From Ferroacidibacillus organovorans (GTDB taxonomy: Bacteria; Bacillota; Bacilli; Alicyclobacillales; SLC66), in NCBI RefSeq assembly GCF_001642725.1, contig NZ_LSUQ01000022.1, positions 1 to 41,736 on the forward strand: a DNA stretch of 41,736 bases, in the 5' to 3' direction. This document shows positions 9,871-19,265 of the stretch, one piece after another. The notes under the pieces were generated by a model that ran no database searches, had not been told where the DNA came from, and saw only the letters and a program-made list of their open reading frames with translations. The translations under genes were made by a program, and so were the position numbers. Position 1 is the stretch's first letter, and the number at the start of each line of letters is the position of its first letter.

Positions 9871-10092
9871 ATCTTCAGCTAAGTGTAACAAAGCATTTCG
9901 AATCCGTTGCCTTGCGTGTGGAGTTAGTTTGTCTATAAATTTTTGTGCGTCTTTGCTCAGGAGTAGATTGTATATTCAGTTTTCCACGAAGATCTCATCA
10001 AAGGGAACGAAGTCGCCATTTCTCATCTCTTGCCGAATCCGTTTATATTCTGCAATCTCTGCGTCTGTCACGGGTTCATCATCCTCGTTCAT
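9871..10092 (-). pseudogene. Remnant RelBE/ParDE-type toxin-antitoxin pair
   Basis: 10092-9976 gives MNEDDEPVTDAEIAEYKRIRQEMRNGDFVPFDEIF (antitoxin C-terminus-like). 9975-9871 gives YNLLLSKDAQKFIDKLTPHARQRIRNALLHLAED (RelE N-terminus-like, truncated, no ATG). Confidence 0.65.
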
Positions 10093-11039
10093 GAATCACT
10101 TGCTTTCTTTGTACGGGAGGCAATTTTCATGATTTCGTTGGCAACAACAACCTCTGTTCCTGCTAAGCCCACAGAGCAGAATAGAGTAATATCGGTTTCT
10201 GTCATTCTTCCGGATGCTTTTCCACATACGATTTCGGACAGTTGCACAATGCGATTTTCACATTTCGTATCCACCAAGAAATGGGGTGTTTTATAAGCGT
10301 GAAGCTGTTCGATCGAGTCCGTCGCGATGATCGTACTCTTAATGCCCAAATCGAGGGGTACCTCATGCCAATTTTTAGTTTTTGGGCCAACCGTATTGAT
10401 GTGTGTTCCTGGTTTGAGCCAGTCGGATTCGAATACAGGAGTGCCACTGTTGGTCGCACAGATGACGATATCGGCATCTTCGATGCAATCTCTTGGGGAA
10501 GTGGCAACTGCGATATTCGCATGGATCTTCTTGCGCATTCCCTCTGCAAATGCTTCTCGGTTTTCTTGCTTGCGGCTATAAACCTTAATACTTTTAATGT
10601 TTCGTACAGCCACGGCTGCCTCCAATTGTGTCCGCGCTTGTAGTCCCGTACCCATCACGGCGATTTTTTTTGCATCGACTCGAGCCATGGCGTTTATTGC
10701 TGCGCCACCGATTGCGCCAGTACGAATGGCACCGATGAGATTGCCGATGACCACTCCCTTAAAAACACCCGTATCCGAGTCAAAGACGCACACGAGCTGT
10801 TGATGACCCTCTGCATCATTTTCGTACGTATCGTAGACACGAAATCCAGTAACCTTTTCGAGTCCAGTTGCGGCTCCTGCCGTAAAAACCAAGTTGCCCT
10901 GTTCCGCTTCCACACGGAAACGTGGCGGTGATACAAGGGTTCCGTTTATTTGCTCCTGAAAGCAACGTTCGATGGCGTTCACGATCCGCTTCATGGAGGC
11001 AAACGATTCAACATCGTGATCCGTAAGAATGGAGTACAT
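10089..11039 (-). CDS. Ornithine cyclodeaminase/mu-crystallin family protein
   Basis: IRTGA.G, GTGLQA, ADIVICAT, HINTVG, F.SVGLA motifs. Confidence 0.9.
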   Translation of the reverse strand: MYSILTDHDVESFASMKRIVNAIERCFQEQINGTLVSPPRFRVEAEQGNLVFTAGAATGLEKVTGFRVYDTYENDAEGHQQLVCVFDSDTGVFKGVVIGNLIGAIRTGAIGGAAINAMARVDAKKIAVMGTGLQARTQLEAAVAVRNIKSIKVYSRKQENREAFAEGMRKKIHANIAVATSPRDCIEDADIVICATNSGTPVFESDWLKPGTHINTVGPKTKNWHEVPLDLGIKSTIIATDSIEQLHAYKTPHFLVDTKCENRIVQLSEIVCGKASGRMTETDITLFCSVGLAGTEVVVANEIMKIASRTKKASDS

Positions 11040-11244
11040 GCAATACACCCCTTCACTGTTCCAATCTGTTACAGTGCGTTTTGTGACGTAAAGGATCTCA
11101 GCGAGTGCCAGGGAACGTCCATCTTCAATTATTTAAAACAAATCGATGCGAATGACAGCATCAAAGGATTCCATTGACCCATGAATAGGACGGTTTAATT
11201 TATTGTGTCTACGTGCTATTGCATAAATCCTCAAGGGATATTAA

Positions 11245-12261
11245 CTAACCATACACCTCTGCCATCCAATTGGCGTAATCGGACACCGCTTGGATCAATT
11301 TTTCCAGCTCTTGCAAAGTATGTATGACTTCTCTGCGCCCCAACTCTCTGTCATCCATGTTGAATAGATCTCTGTTTAAGGAGCGACGCATGTTGTATTC
11401 GAGCCATCCTAACATACCTCCGAAACTGCCGTACACAGCATCTAATACTTCATTGTGCAACGTTCCGCCAGCTTCGAGATAAGCCTGAATCACTCCCTGG
11501 AAACGTTCCTTACTCACGGTCCCGTCGTGACTTCTGCTCCAATTAAATGCCACCTCGACTAATTCTACAGTTGGATGTATATAACCTGCCGATTCCCAAT
11601 CGATCAGATATGGAATGCCTTCGTGATTCCAAATAACATTTTTAGAATCTAAATCCCGATGACTAATGACAAATTTCTGGGGAAGATTGTCTACTGCATC
11701 CTGATACTTTCGAGACCAGTTGGTCACATCTTGCAAGATACTTTCACAAGAAAGACCCCAACACGATGCGTCCCGTCGAGCATTCTCGATGTGATACCTC
11801 TACGTATCGAAGGAAATTGCCGAGAAAGTTGGTAACGCCGAACCATCAATGACAATATCGAGGTTGTGTATCTGGAACAAAATCTCTCCGATGTGCTTAA
11901 CGTGCTCAGACGTACAATTTTCGGGAAGCAACGTGATACCATCGACCCAGTCAAACACCATCACATATTCACCATGCAATTCAATCCATGGTTGACGATC
12001 TACAGTTCTTGCAGAAACCGCACGAATGCCCTTTATATTAGCCTGATGTGCGACTCTTTCTGACATTCTATAATTGGTCTTTGCATCAGGACGAGACATT
12101 ATCTATGAATTCAGTACTTTTATTGCAAATCGTCCGTGGTCTGTCTCTAAACACCACATTCGATGGAGTAATCCGCCTGTGACGGGTTGTGGAGTTCCTT
12201 GGGGAATTCCAATTTCAAAACCATCGCATATCGCATTCAAATCGACACTCAAGCGAGTCAT
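11245..12261 (-). pseudogene. Aminoglycoside-phosphotransferase-like kinase with two in-frame TAG stops
   Basis: Three ORF pieces share one frame, separated only by TAG at 12103-12105 and 11800-11802. Motifs GGLLHRMW, HRDLDSKN, IDWE. Confidence 0.82.
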
Positions 12262-12292
12262 TTGATTTCCCCTCATCAGTAGAATAAGCCCT

Positions 12293-12721
12293 TTAGCAGA
12301 GTGACAAGCGGCAGTGAAACCGCTCAACTCCGGGATATTTCTCACCAAGGGACCGTATTTCAAATCCATATCTACGATAAAATTCAACCGCATCATGATC
12401 TGTTTCGGCAGTTAATTCCGTGAGATTCTCAAGCATAAGGAGGTTATCTATCATTCTTCGACCAATTCCGCAGTTACGCTTGTGTTCATCGACGGCAATG
12501 TGAAGAATTTCAGCAGAAAATCCTTCTCTCTTGAAACCAATGATGCCTAGCGCTGCGTCGTCATTATCGATGAATACATATAGTTTCGTATCACTTTGCG
12601 AGTACACTTGCACCAAAATATTGCTGAGCTTTTCATCCGTGGCGGAGCCGACCGCGTATGACAACCATTGTTTTATCTGCTCGATGGATGTGATATGGCT
12701 TCTGTACTCAACCAGCGTCAC
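12293..12721 (-). CDS. GNAT acetyltransferase
   Basis: HIAVD...RNCGIGR and AVEFYRRYGF motifs; GGGAGGG RBS before GTG 12721. Confidence 0.88.
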   Translation of the reverse strand: MTLVEYRSHITSIEQIKQWLSYAVGSATDEKLSNILVQVYSQSDTKLYVFIDNDDAALGIIGFKREGFSAEILHIAVDEHKRNCGIGRRMIDNLLMLENLTELTAETDHDAVEFYRRYGFEIRSLGEKYPGVERFHCRLSLC

Positions 12722-12786
12722 AAGCGACCCTCCCTTCCTCAGCAACCAAGCTTCGTTTGTCTCCCGTGAATCAAATCCAAACGATG

Positions 12787-13725
12787 TTATTTAGCGAGTT
12801 CTACAGCCAACAGCGCACCTACGTGCGCATTGTTCTTTACCAGTGCCACATTTGTCTCCAGGCTTTTACCATCGGTCAGTTCTTTAATTTTATCGAGAAG
12901 AAAAGGGGTTACGTCCTTGCCCCTGATGTGTTTCCGATGCGCTTCGTCCAGCGCTTCTGTAATGACTTTTTCAATTTCTTTTGCATCCATTGCGAATTCC
13001 TCGGGGACAGGATTCGCAATGACAGCCCCGCCATGGAGTCCGAGTTTCCACTTCGTGTGTAGGAATGAAGCTAATGCCTCCGGGCTGTCGAGCGAAAAGT
13101 TTGTCTGGAATCCACTTGTGCGACTGTAGAATGCAGGGAACTCGGTGGTCTGGTAGCCAATGACTGGGACGCCGTATGTCTCCAGGTATTCGAGTGTAAG
13201 TTCAATATCGAGGATCGATTTTGCGCCAGCACAGACAACGGCCACGTTGGTCTGCGCAAGCTCGTTCAAGTCCGCAGAGATGTCCATCGTTTGTTCGGCG
13301 CCGCGATGTACACCGCCAATACCACCCGTGACAAATACGCGGATACCCGCAAGCTGAGCGCAAATCATCGTTGCAGCAACCGTGGTCGCGCCACTCTGTC
13401 CTTGTGCGAGAACAAATGCCAAATCACGGCGACTGACCTTTGTGATACTGTCTCGATTTTCAGGGCATCCGAGCCATTCAAGGTTCTCATCGGAAAGTCC
13501 GATATGGATTTTTCCGTTCAAAATTGCAATCGTCGCCGGGACCGCGCCATGGTATCGAATAATGGCTTCGACTTCCTTTGCCGTTTGTACATTGGTTGGA
13601 TAAGGCATGCCATGTGAAATAATGGTCGACTCAAGCGCGACAATTGGCTTCTCAGTTCTCTTTGCCTCCATTACTTCATCCGAAAAATGCAACCATTGGT
13701 TTAACGACGGGTTCATATCTTCCAT
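12787..13725 (-). CDS. psuG: Pseudouridine-5'-phosphate glycosidase
   Basis: [47 protein letters not shown]. Confidence 0.95.
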   Translation of the reverse strand: MEDMNPSLNQWLHFSDEVMEAKRTEKPIVALESTIISHGMPYPTNVQTAKEVEAIIRYHGAVPATIAILNGKIHIGLSDENLEWLGCPENRDSITKVSRRDLAFVLAQGQSGATTVAATMICAQLAGIRVFVTGGIGGVHRGAEQTMDISADLNELAQTNVAVVCAGAKSILDIELTLEYLETYGVPVIGYQTTEFPAFYSRTSGFQTNFSLDSPEALASFLHTKWKLGLHGGAVIANPVPEEFAMDAKEIEKVITEALDEAHRKHIRGKDVTPFLLDKIKELTDGKSLETNVALVKNNAHVGALLAVELAK

Positions 13726-13740
13726 CTCTCCTATGATGTT

Positions 13741-14850
13741 CTACAGAATTTCTGACAACCAGGCTTGAGCCTCGCGTGGGTCGATTTCTGTAGATACGGT
13801 TTCTTTTGTCACCAACGTTAGGCTGGACAAGCGAGCGGCAAATTGACATGCCTGTTTGACACTCGCATCGCTGACCATCGCAAAGCAGAAGCCAGCCACG
13901 AATGCGTCACCTGCACCAGTCACATCGACGACGTCGATGCTCTCTGCCGGTATTTTGCCAAAGGTGCCTGCCTCATCCAACCAAGCCACACCATCCCTGC
14001 CCATAGTTGCGACAACGGTCCGACACCCCCTATCTTTCAGTGCGACACATGCGGCGCGAACGCTATCCTCTTTATCGACAGGGATACCTGAAATTGCCTC
14101 CATTTCATCTCGATTGGCGATCAGCGTATGAATCCCGGTAAGGTCTCTTGGCAAGCGCTTGGCTTTGGGACTTGATACCGGAGCAACAATCAGTAAAGTG
14201 CCAGCCCTTGCCGACTCGGTAATGACAAAGGCAAGCGCTTCTGCCGGCAAGTTCGTGTCGACGATCGCAATCGTAGCTTGTTGCAGCACCCGCGATCTCG
14301 GTGTCAACTGCTCGACGGTTAAGTCGTCGTAAATTTCCATATCGGCGAGCGCAACAGTCATACTCCCGTCGACGTCGAGCACCGCAGTGTATGTTCCTGT
14401 GCGGTGTGCAGTCGATCGGATGATCTGGCTGACATCTGTACCAAGGCCCTCAAGGTGCGCGAGTATCATTTCGGCTTCTTTGTCGTTGCCGACCATGGTG
14501 ACAAGCGACGTGGGTAATCCGAGGCGTGTCATATTTTCGGCAATATTTCTTGCAACGCCACCAAATGACTCTACAACAAAAGAGGGGTTCGACGTGCCTA
14601 GCTGGATTGGTTCATACGCTTGAATTTTTCGATCTACATTCGCACCGCCGATGCACAAAATACGCCCTCGCTGTGGCAAAACGTAGGCCCGACCGAGAAT
14701 CTCCCCCTCTTTGATGAGCGCAGAGATATAAGCTGCTACCGCAGGTCTGGATGCATTCATTCGTTCAGCCAAATCTCGTTGGGAGATAAACGGGTTTTCA
14801 CGGATACAATGTAGAACTTCCTGTTTCTTGCTCCGACCCGACTCAGCCAC
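13741..14850 (-). CDS. psuK: HTH-PfkB kinase, pseudouridine kinase-like
   Basis: N-terminal HTH (NPFISQRDLAERM), GGVARNIA and DVTGAGDAF motifs; adjacent to psuG. Confidence 0.85.
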   Translation of the reverse strand: MAESGRSKKQEVLHCIRENPFISQRDLAERMNASRPAVAAYISALIKEGEILGRAYVLPQRGRILCIGGANVDRKIQAYEPIQLGTSNPSFVVESFGGVARNIAENMTRLGLPTSLVTMVGNDKEAEMILAHLEGLGTDVSQIIRSTAHRTGTYTAVLDVDGSMTVALADMEIYDDLTVEQLTPRSRVLQQATIAIVDTNLPAEALAFVITESARAGTLLIVAPVSSPKAKRLPRDLTGIHTLIANRDEMEAISGIPVDKEDSVRAACVALKDRGCRTVVATMGRDGVAWLDEAGTFGKIPAESIDVVDVTGAGDAFVAGFCFAMVSDASVKQACQFAARLSSLTLVTKETVSTEIDPREAQAWLSEIL

Positions 14851-14862
14851 ATCGTCACTCCT

Positions 14863-14909
14863 TATAACACATGTTATATTAGGTTAAACAATTGTTTGTT
14901 AGCAGTCAA
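14863..14909 (-). promoter_or_regulatory. psuKG promoter with two AACA-NN-TGTT palindromes
   Basis: Minus-strand TTGACT-17-TAACCT; palindromes at 14866-14875 and 14887-14896. Confidence 0.55.
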
Positions 14910-14973
14910 TCTACGATAGAAATTGCCGCATCGGTGATTTTACATCAATCTGAAATTTTCATATACCTGGTGT

Positions 14974-15620
14974 TTTGGTAAAGCGTACCACCGTATGAAG
15001 ATGGACTATGATTTGGGATTGAGCCGCATCTATGAACTGGTGATTAATTCGAATCCGTGCTACGCATTTCTGCTCGACAGCAATTCTCTCGTGCAAAATA
15101 AATTGGTGAGCGCCCACGTTCTCGCACACTGTGACTTTTTTAAAAACAACATGATGTTTCACCGCACCTCGCGAAATGTCGTTGAAAGTATGGCGGCGAG
15201 CGCGGAACGCTTTCGTACCTATGAGCTGCAATACGGAAAAGATGAGGTGGAAGCATTTCTGGATGCGGCGCTCGCGCTACAGGAACACATCGACCCATCA
15301 GAGCGCGCATTTCGTCATCCGCATACGAAACCGGATTTGCGCGAGGAGCAAGAGCAGTCACCTCGGGTCGGAAAATATGATGATTTATTTGCGCTGGATG
15401 GTCGTTTATCCGATCGTGCGAAGGTGGATGAAAAGAAGGCGGAAAATCGCAAAGCAAAGGGGTTCGCAAAAGACGCACCGCAAAAGGATTTGTTGCTATT
15501 TTTGCAATCGCACAGCAAGATTCTCGCGGAGTGGCAGCGCGACATGCTGACGGTGATTCGCGAGGAGATGCTCTACTTTTGGCCGCAGATTGAGACAAAA
15601 ATCATGAACGAAGGCTGGGC
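14974..15620 (+). CDS. spoVR: SpoVR segment 2 (middle)
   Basis: [38 protein letters not shown]...[16 protein letters not shown]. Confidence 0.95.
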
Positions 15621-15755
15621 TTCGGATTGCAAAAATGGTTTTTTTCATAGCGTACGAAAGATCCAAATGACACGAGTGATTCCGAAGGATTCTAGAATCC
15701 CCAACAAGGAGGCAACGCAAGAGCCCCCTTGTTTACGTAAACTTCAAGGGAGTTT

Positions 15756-16247
15756 TTATTCAGCCACGTCTGTGCGAACGAAAAACGCTGGCGGTTCTTT
15801 GCCCAAGAGTCGGAGGTAGACATAGCCTTGTCCGCGGTGATGAATCTCATTCTCGAGAGCGTAAGTAAGCCAACTCATCGCCGTGCCGTCAGGTCCACCC
15901 CAAAATGGCTCCGATCGCATGATTGTAAGCGATTCCATAGAAATCGATGGCCAAAGCTTGCGCGTTTGTTCGCGAACGTGTTGTCCATAGGCGAGCGCTT
16001 CTTGGATTGGAGCAGTCCGCAGCTCGTCTGGGATCCCTTCCCACTTCCATTGATCAAGCGCCAAACCCCTCAGATAGGCGTTTTCAATGCCCCAAATCTC
16101 AAAGAGCATCTCGCGAAACGGTCGCATGCCATTTACGGGCTGCTTGTCCATCGCTTCTGCGGCGTCCAAGTCGCGCGCAACAAAATTCGTGAGCCGCCGA
16201 TTCTCTTCCCACACATCCAAAAACCAAGATTTCCAGTCGAATTCCAA
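15756..16247 (-). CDS. DinB-family protein
   Basis: MRPFREM and [17 protein letters not shown] motifs; AAAGGAG RBS before TTG 16247. Confidence 0.85.
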   Translation of the reverse strand: MEFDWKSWFLDVWEENRRLTNFVARDLDAAEAMDKQPVNGMRPFREMLFEIWGIENAYLRGLALDQWKWEGIPDELRTAPIQEALAYGQHVREQTRKLWPSISMESLTIMRSEPFWGGPDGTAMSWLTYALENEIHHRGQGYVYLRLLGKEPPAFFVRTDVAE

Positions 16248-16318
16248 GATGAACACTCCTTTTGAAGAATCCATGGCGTACGTTTGTACGATAGCACACG
16301 TGACATGCCAAAAACATC

Positions 16319-16549
16319 CTATTTTTCCGGTTCCCCATCAAAGAATGTAATCTGTGCCGCGCGCGCGATGTCTTCGTTTGTTTCTTGTTCAATCCATGTG
16401 CGCAAGGCCGCTTCGCGGACAGATTTGCACCACGTGGTGAGTTGTTGCTCTAGATGTGTCCTCACGGTTAAATCCGGGATTTCAGCGAGTTGTGTAAACG
16501 ATTGTTCGACATCGCCTATCTTAATCGAAAATCTGACGCGAACGGCCAT
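16319..16549 (-). CDS. 76-aa protein divergent from LSR4; candidate directionality factor
   Basis: GAGG RBS; position relative to LSR4 mirrors element 3. Confidence 0.55.
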   Translation of the reverse strand: MAVRVRFSIKIGDVEQSFTQLAEIPDLTVRTHLEQQLTTWCKSVREAALRTWIEQETNEDIARAAQITFFDGEPEK

Positions 16550-16788
16550 CTTTCCTCACCCCATGTTCATGGATATGAGTGGAGAATCGCGGGACAGCCC
16601 TGTGCAATTTGCTTTGTGATCTATGGTGATATTGCACACCTTCGTCTGAAACGCCACATTGACCAATTTGGGATTGAAATCTACCGTAGAGAGTAGCTGA
16701 ACAGAGACAGGACCTAGAATGCGCCACCCACTCATAGGCATAGAGAAGACGTGATTCGAATGCCTTGGTGAGGTGAGCGGAATCGGCG

Positions 16789-18309
16789 ATGCGTGAAAAT
16801 GCAGCGAAAAAGATTGCGATTTACTGTCGCGTATCCACGGATGAGCAGGCAAAAGAAGGCGTGTCGCTCGATGAGCAAAAGGCGAGGCTTCACGCGTACT
16901 GTCGCGCGATGGGTTGGGCGACAGAAGCTGTAGAGTATATTGATGACGGCTATTCGGCGAAAAATATGGAGCGTCCGGCGCTTGAACGCTTGTTGCGACA
17001 TGTGAAGGCAGGGCGCGTTGAGCGGCTCATGGTGACAAAACTCGATCGATTGAGTCGGCGTTTGCTTGATTTGTTGACGCTGATCGAACTGTTTCAAAAC
17101 CACGACGTTTCATTCGTATCGACAAGCGAATCCTTTGATACAGCGACGCCTTCCGGTCGCTTGACACTGCAGGTGCTCGGAGCTGTCGCGGAGTTTGAGC
17201 GTGAGCGCATACGTGAGCGCGTTTTTGACAACATGCTGCATGCAGCAAAAATGGGGAAATGGTTGACACAAGCTCCATACGGCTATCGGCTCGACGCGAA
17301 AAAGTTGGTTATTTGTGAAATGGAGGCGCTTCTTGTTCAGCGCGTCTTTCGCATGTTTGTCGAAGATGGTTTGGGATACTTTCAAATTGCAAAGAAATTG
17401 AATCAGGAACACATCCCTTCTCGCAATGGGAAGGCGTGGTCGATTCGGAGTGTCAAAATCATGCTGAGTAATCCTGCCTATGCGGGAACGCTTGTGTGGA
17501 ATCGCGTTGATTCGAGTCAAAAGCGTCGAGTGCTTAAAGAAGAAGACGCGTGGGTCGAGATGCGCGACGCTCACCCAGCGATTGTTGAACAGGCGCTGTG
17601 GCATCAGGCGCAGCAGCGCATCGCGAGCCATCCGCGAATGCCGCCGCGCGCGCAAGCCAGCCCTCATCTGCTGGGTGGCTATTTGCGTTGTGGAGAATGC
17701 GGCGCGGCGATGTCGATCGGTTGGTCTGGAAATCCGCGGCGAACGCGCGTCTATCGCTGTTCTGCGTATCGAAATCAGGGGCTTTGTCAGAGTAAGCCGT
17801 ATCGTGCAGACGATGTGGAGCGGTGGTTTGTGGAGGCGCTTGAATGCGTGGTGGAGCCTGTGAATCATGCGCGGCACACCGCTTTGGTTCAGCGTGTGCG
17901 GGCGGAGCAGATCGCCAAATTGGATCAGAGGATGCACGCCGCGAAAATGCGCTATGACAGACAGGTAGAAGCGTATACGGCGGGACTCATCGAGATGGAT
18001 ACCCTTGCGCGTGAAAAGGTGGCGCTGAAGCGATGTGTCGCAGAGTACGCAAAGGAGATGTCGACGACGGATTCATCTTCACATGATAAGGAGCTGGAGG
18101 AACGCCTGCGCGGACGGGCGGTTACGCTCGGCGATGCGCTAACCGTGCTTCCGGCTGACTGGATCAAAGCGAAACTGCGCACATGGATTCACAGCGTCAT
18201 TCTTCACGGACGTGAGGATCTTGAGATTGTGTTGTGTCCTGATCTGACGATGGTTTCTGATGCAATGGATCAATCCATTGGAGGATTTTTAGAGTATGGT
18301 GTCGAATGA
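16789..18309 (+). CDS. Large serine recombinase LSR4
   Basis: YCRVST, KLDRLSR, VAEFER, APYGY, CGEC...C. Confidence 0.95.
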   Translation: MRENAAKKIAIYCRVSTDEQAKEGVSLDEQKARLHAYCRAMGWATEAVEYIDDGYSAKNMERPALERLLRHVKAGRVERLMVTKLDRLSRRLLDLLTLIELFQNHDVSFVSTSESFDTATPSGRLTLQVLGAVAEFERERIRERVFDNMLHAAKMGKWLTQAPYGYRLDAKKLVICEMEALLVQRVFRMFVEDGLGYFQIAKKLNQEHIPSRNGKAWSIRSVKIMLSNPAYAGTLVWNRVDSSQKRRVLKEEDAWVEMRDAHPAIVEQALWHQAQQRIASHPRMPPRAQASPHLLGGYLRCGECGAAMSIGWSGNPRRTRVYRCSAYRNQGLCQSKPYRADDVERWFVEALECVVEPVNHARHTALVQRVRAEQIAKLDQRMHAAKMRYDRQVEAYTAGLIEMDTLAREKVALKRCVAEYAKEMSTTDSSSHDKELEERLRGRAVTLGDALTVLPADWIKAKLRTWIHSVILHGREDLEIVLCPDLTMVSDAMDQSIGGFLEYGVE

Positions 18310-18353
18310 ATAAGATTATTGTAGGTTGACGGTTTTTTGTGAGGGATCTAGGG

Positions 18354-19265
18354 ATGGCCAATTCGGTAATTAAAAATTACTCGGACGACATTCGAACTGA
18401 GATTTATCGAGTGACGAATGAGCTACTGGAGCACCTGCACCTGTATTATCAGCCATTTCCTGAATTTGATGCTGTCCGATTTCCGGCAACGGCGCTGACG
18501 ACCGCGACGGAAGGCTTTTTTTTACCGATGATGCTACTAAAAAAGATGGTTGTTATTCCTGTGTGGATTTTTACGATTGATGACGTGATTGATCGTAAAT
18601 TGTTGTCGGATGAAGAATTGGATGCTCGACTGAAAAGTTATGAATGGATCATCACGCAGGGGCTGGATGCGTCTGACGTGTATGGTCGCGTGTTGAAGGA
18701 TCTTTATGACCAGCTAAAAGAGAGGCCGCTTTTTCACGCGTTGCGAGAAGTGTGGGAAGAAGCCTATTTTCGAATGATCCGTGGGATGCTTCTTGAAGCG
18801 CGTGAAACCGTTCGAGTCCCATCGTATGATGAATATCTCGAACACGGATCGTACAGCATTGGCGTTCCGCTCTATGTCGTTTCGACGTGGATTCTCGGTT
18901 CTTATGAAGAAACATTAACGCATCTAGAAGTCCTAAAAAAGCTGATGATGCTGTCGGCGAAAAGCATTCGGCTTGCCAACGACATGCGTACATACGAAAA
19001 AGAGAAAATGGAAAAGAACCTAAACGCGCTTGTGATCATGGAGAATACGTACGAGTCAGAAGGCTACGCGCCTGACGCGGCGAAAGCGTTGGCGTCTGCA
19101 TTTGTACGGGAAGAGTTGGAGCGCTATCGCACGCAGTTTCTTGAATTGGTTGATGAATCGGTACTGCCAATCAGAACGCTGTCAAACGTTACTCAGTTTT
19201 CGCTGTCGTTTTATGATGAGCATGATTTTCATACCGTTGATGCGGGGGAGATCCACCATGTTTGA
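18354..19265 (+). CDS. Class I terpene synthase
   Basis: DDVID (DDxxD) and NDMRTYEKE (NSE/DTE) motifs, YDEYL; start could be GTG 18339. Confidence 0.85.
   Translation: MANSVIKNYSDDIRTEIYRVTNELLEHLHLYYQPFPEFDAVRFPATALTTATEGFFLPMMLLKKMVVIPVWIFTIDDVIDRKLLSDEELDARLKSYEWIITQGLDASDVYGRVLKDLYDQLKERPLFHALREVWEEAYFRMIRGMLLEARETVRVPSYDEYLEHGSYSIGVPLYVVSTWILGSYEETLTHLEVLKKLMMLSAKSIRLANDMRTYEKEKMEKNLNALVIMENTYESEGYAPDAAKALASAFVREELERYRTQFLELVDESVLPIRTLSNVTQFSLSFYDEHDFHTVDAGEIHHV

Larger units (their letters stand above)
7984..14981. mobile_element. Element 3: 6,990-bp LSR element inside spoVR
   Basis: Direct repeat TTTGGTAA at 7984-7991 and 14974-14981; deletion gives [27 protein letters not shown] in frame. 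Confidence 0.93.

Noticed and set aside
15621..15819. C-terminal extension of ORF 14995-15819 (likewise 3734-3798, 7992-8022, 7610-7662, 28342-28434)
   Set aside because: Read-through into element DNA beyond the att cores; no YhbH/SpoVR similarity.
19102..19257. Long N-terminal extension of the class II cyclase
   Set aside because: Overlaps the class I gene; a clear RBS supports ATG 19258.
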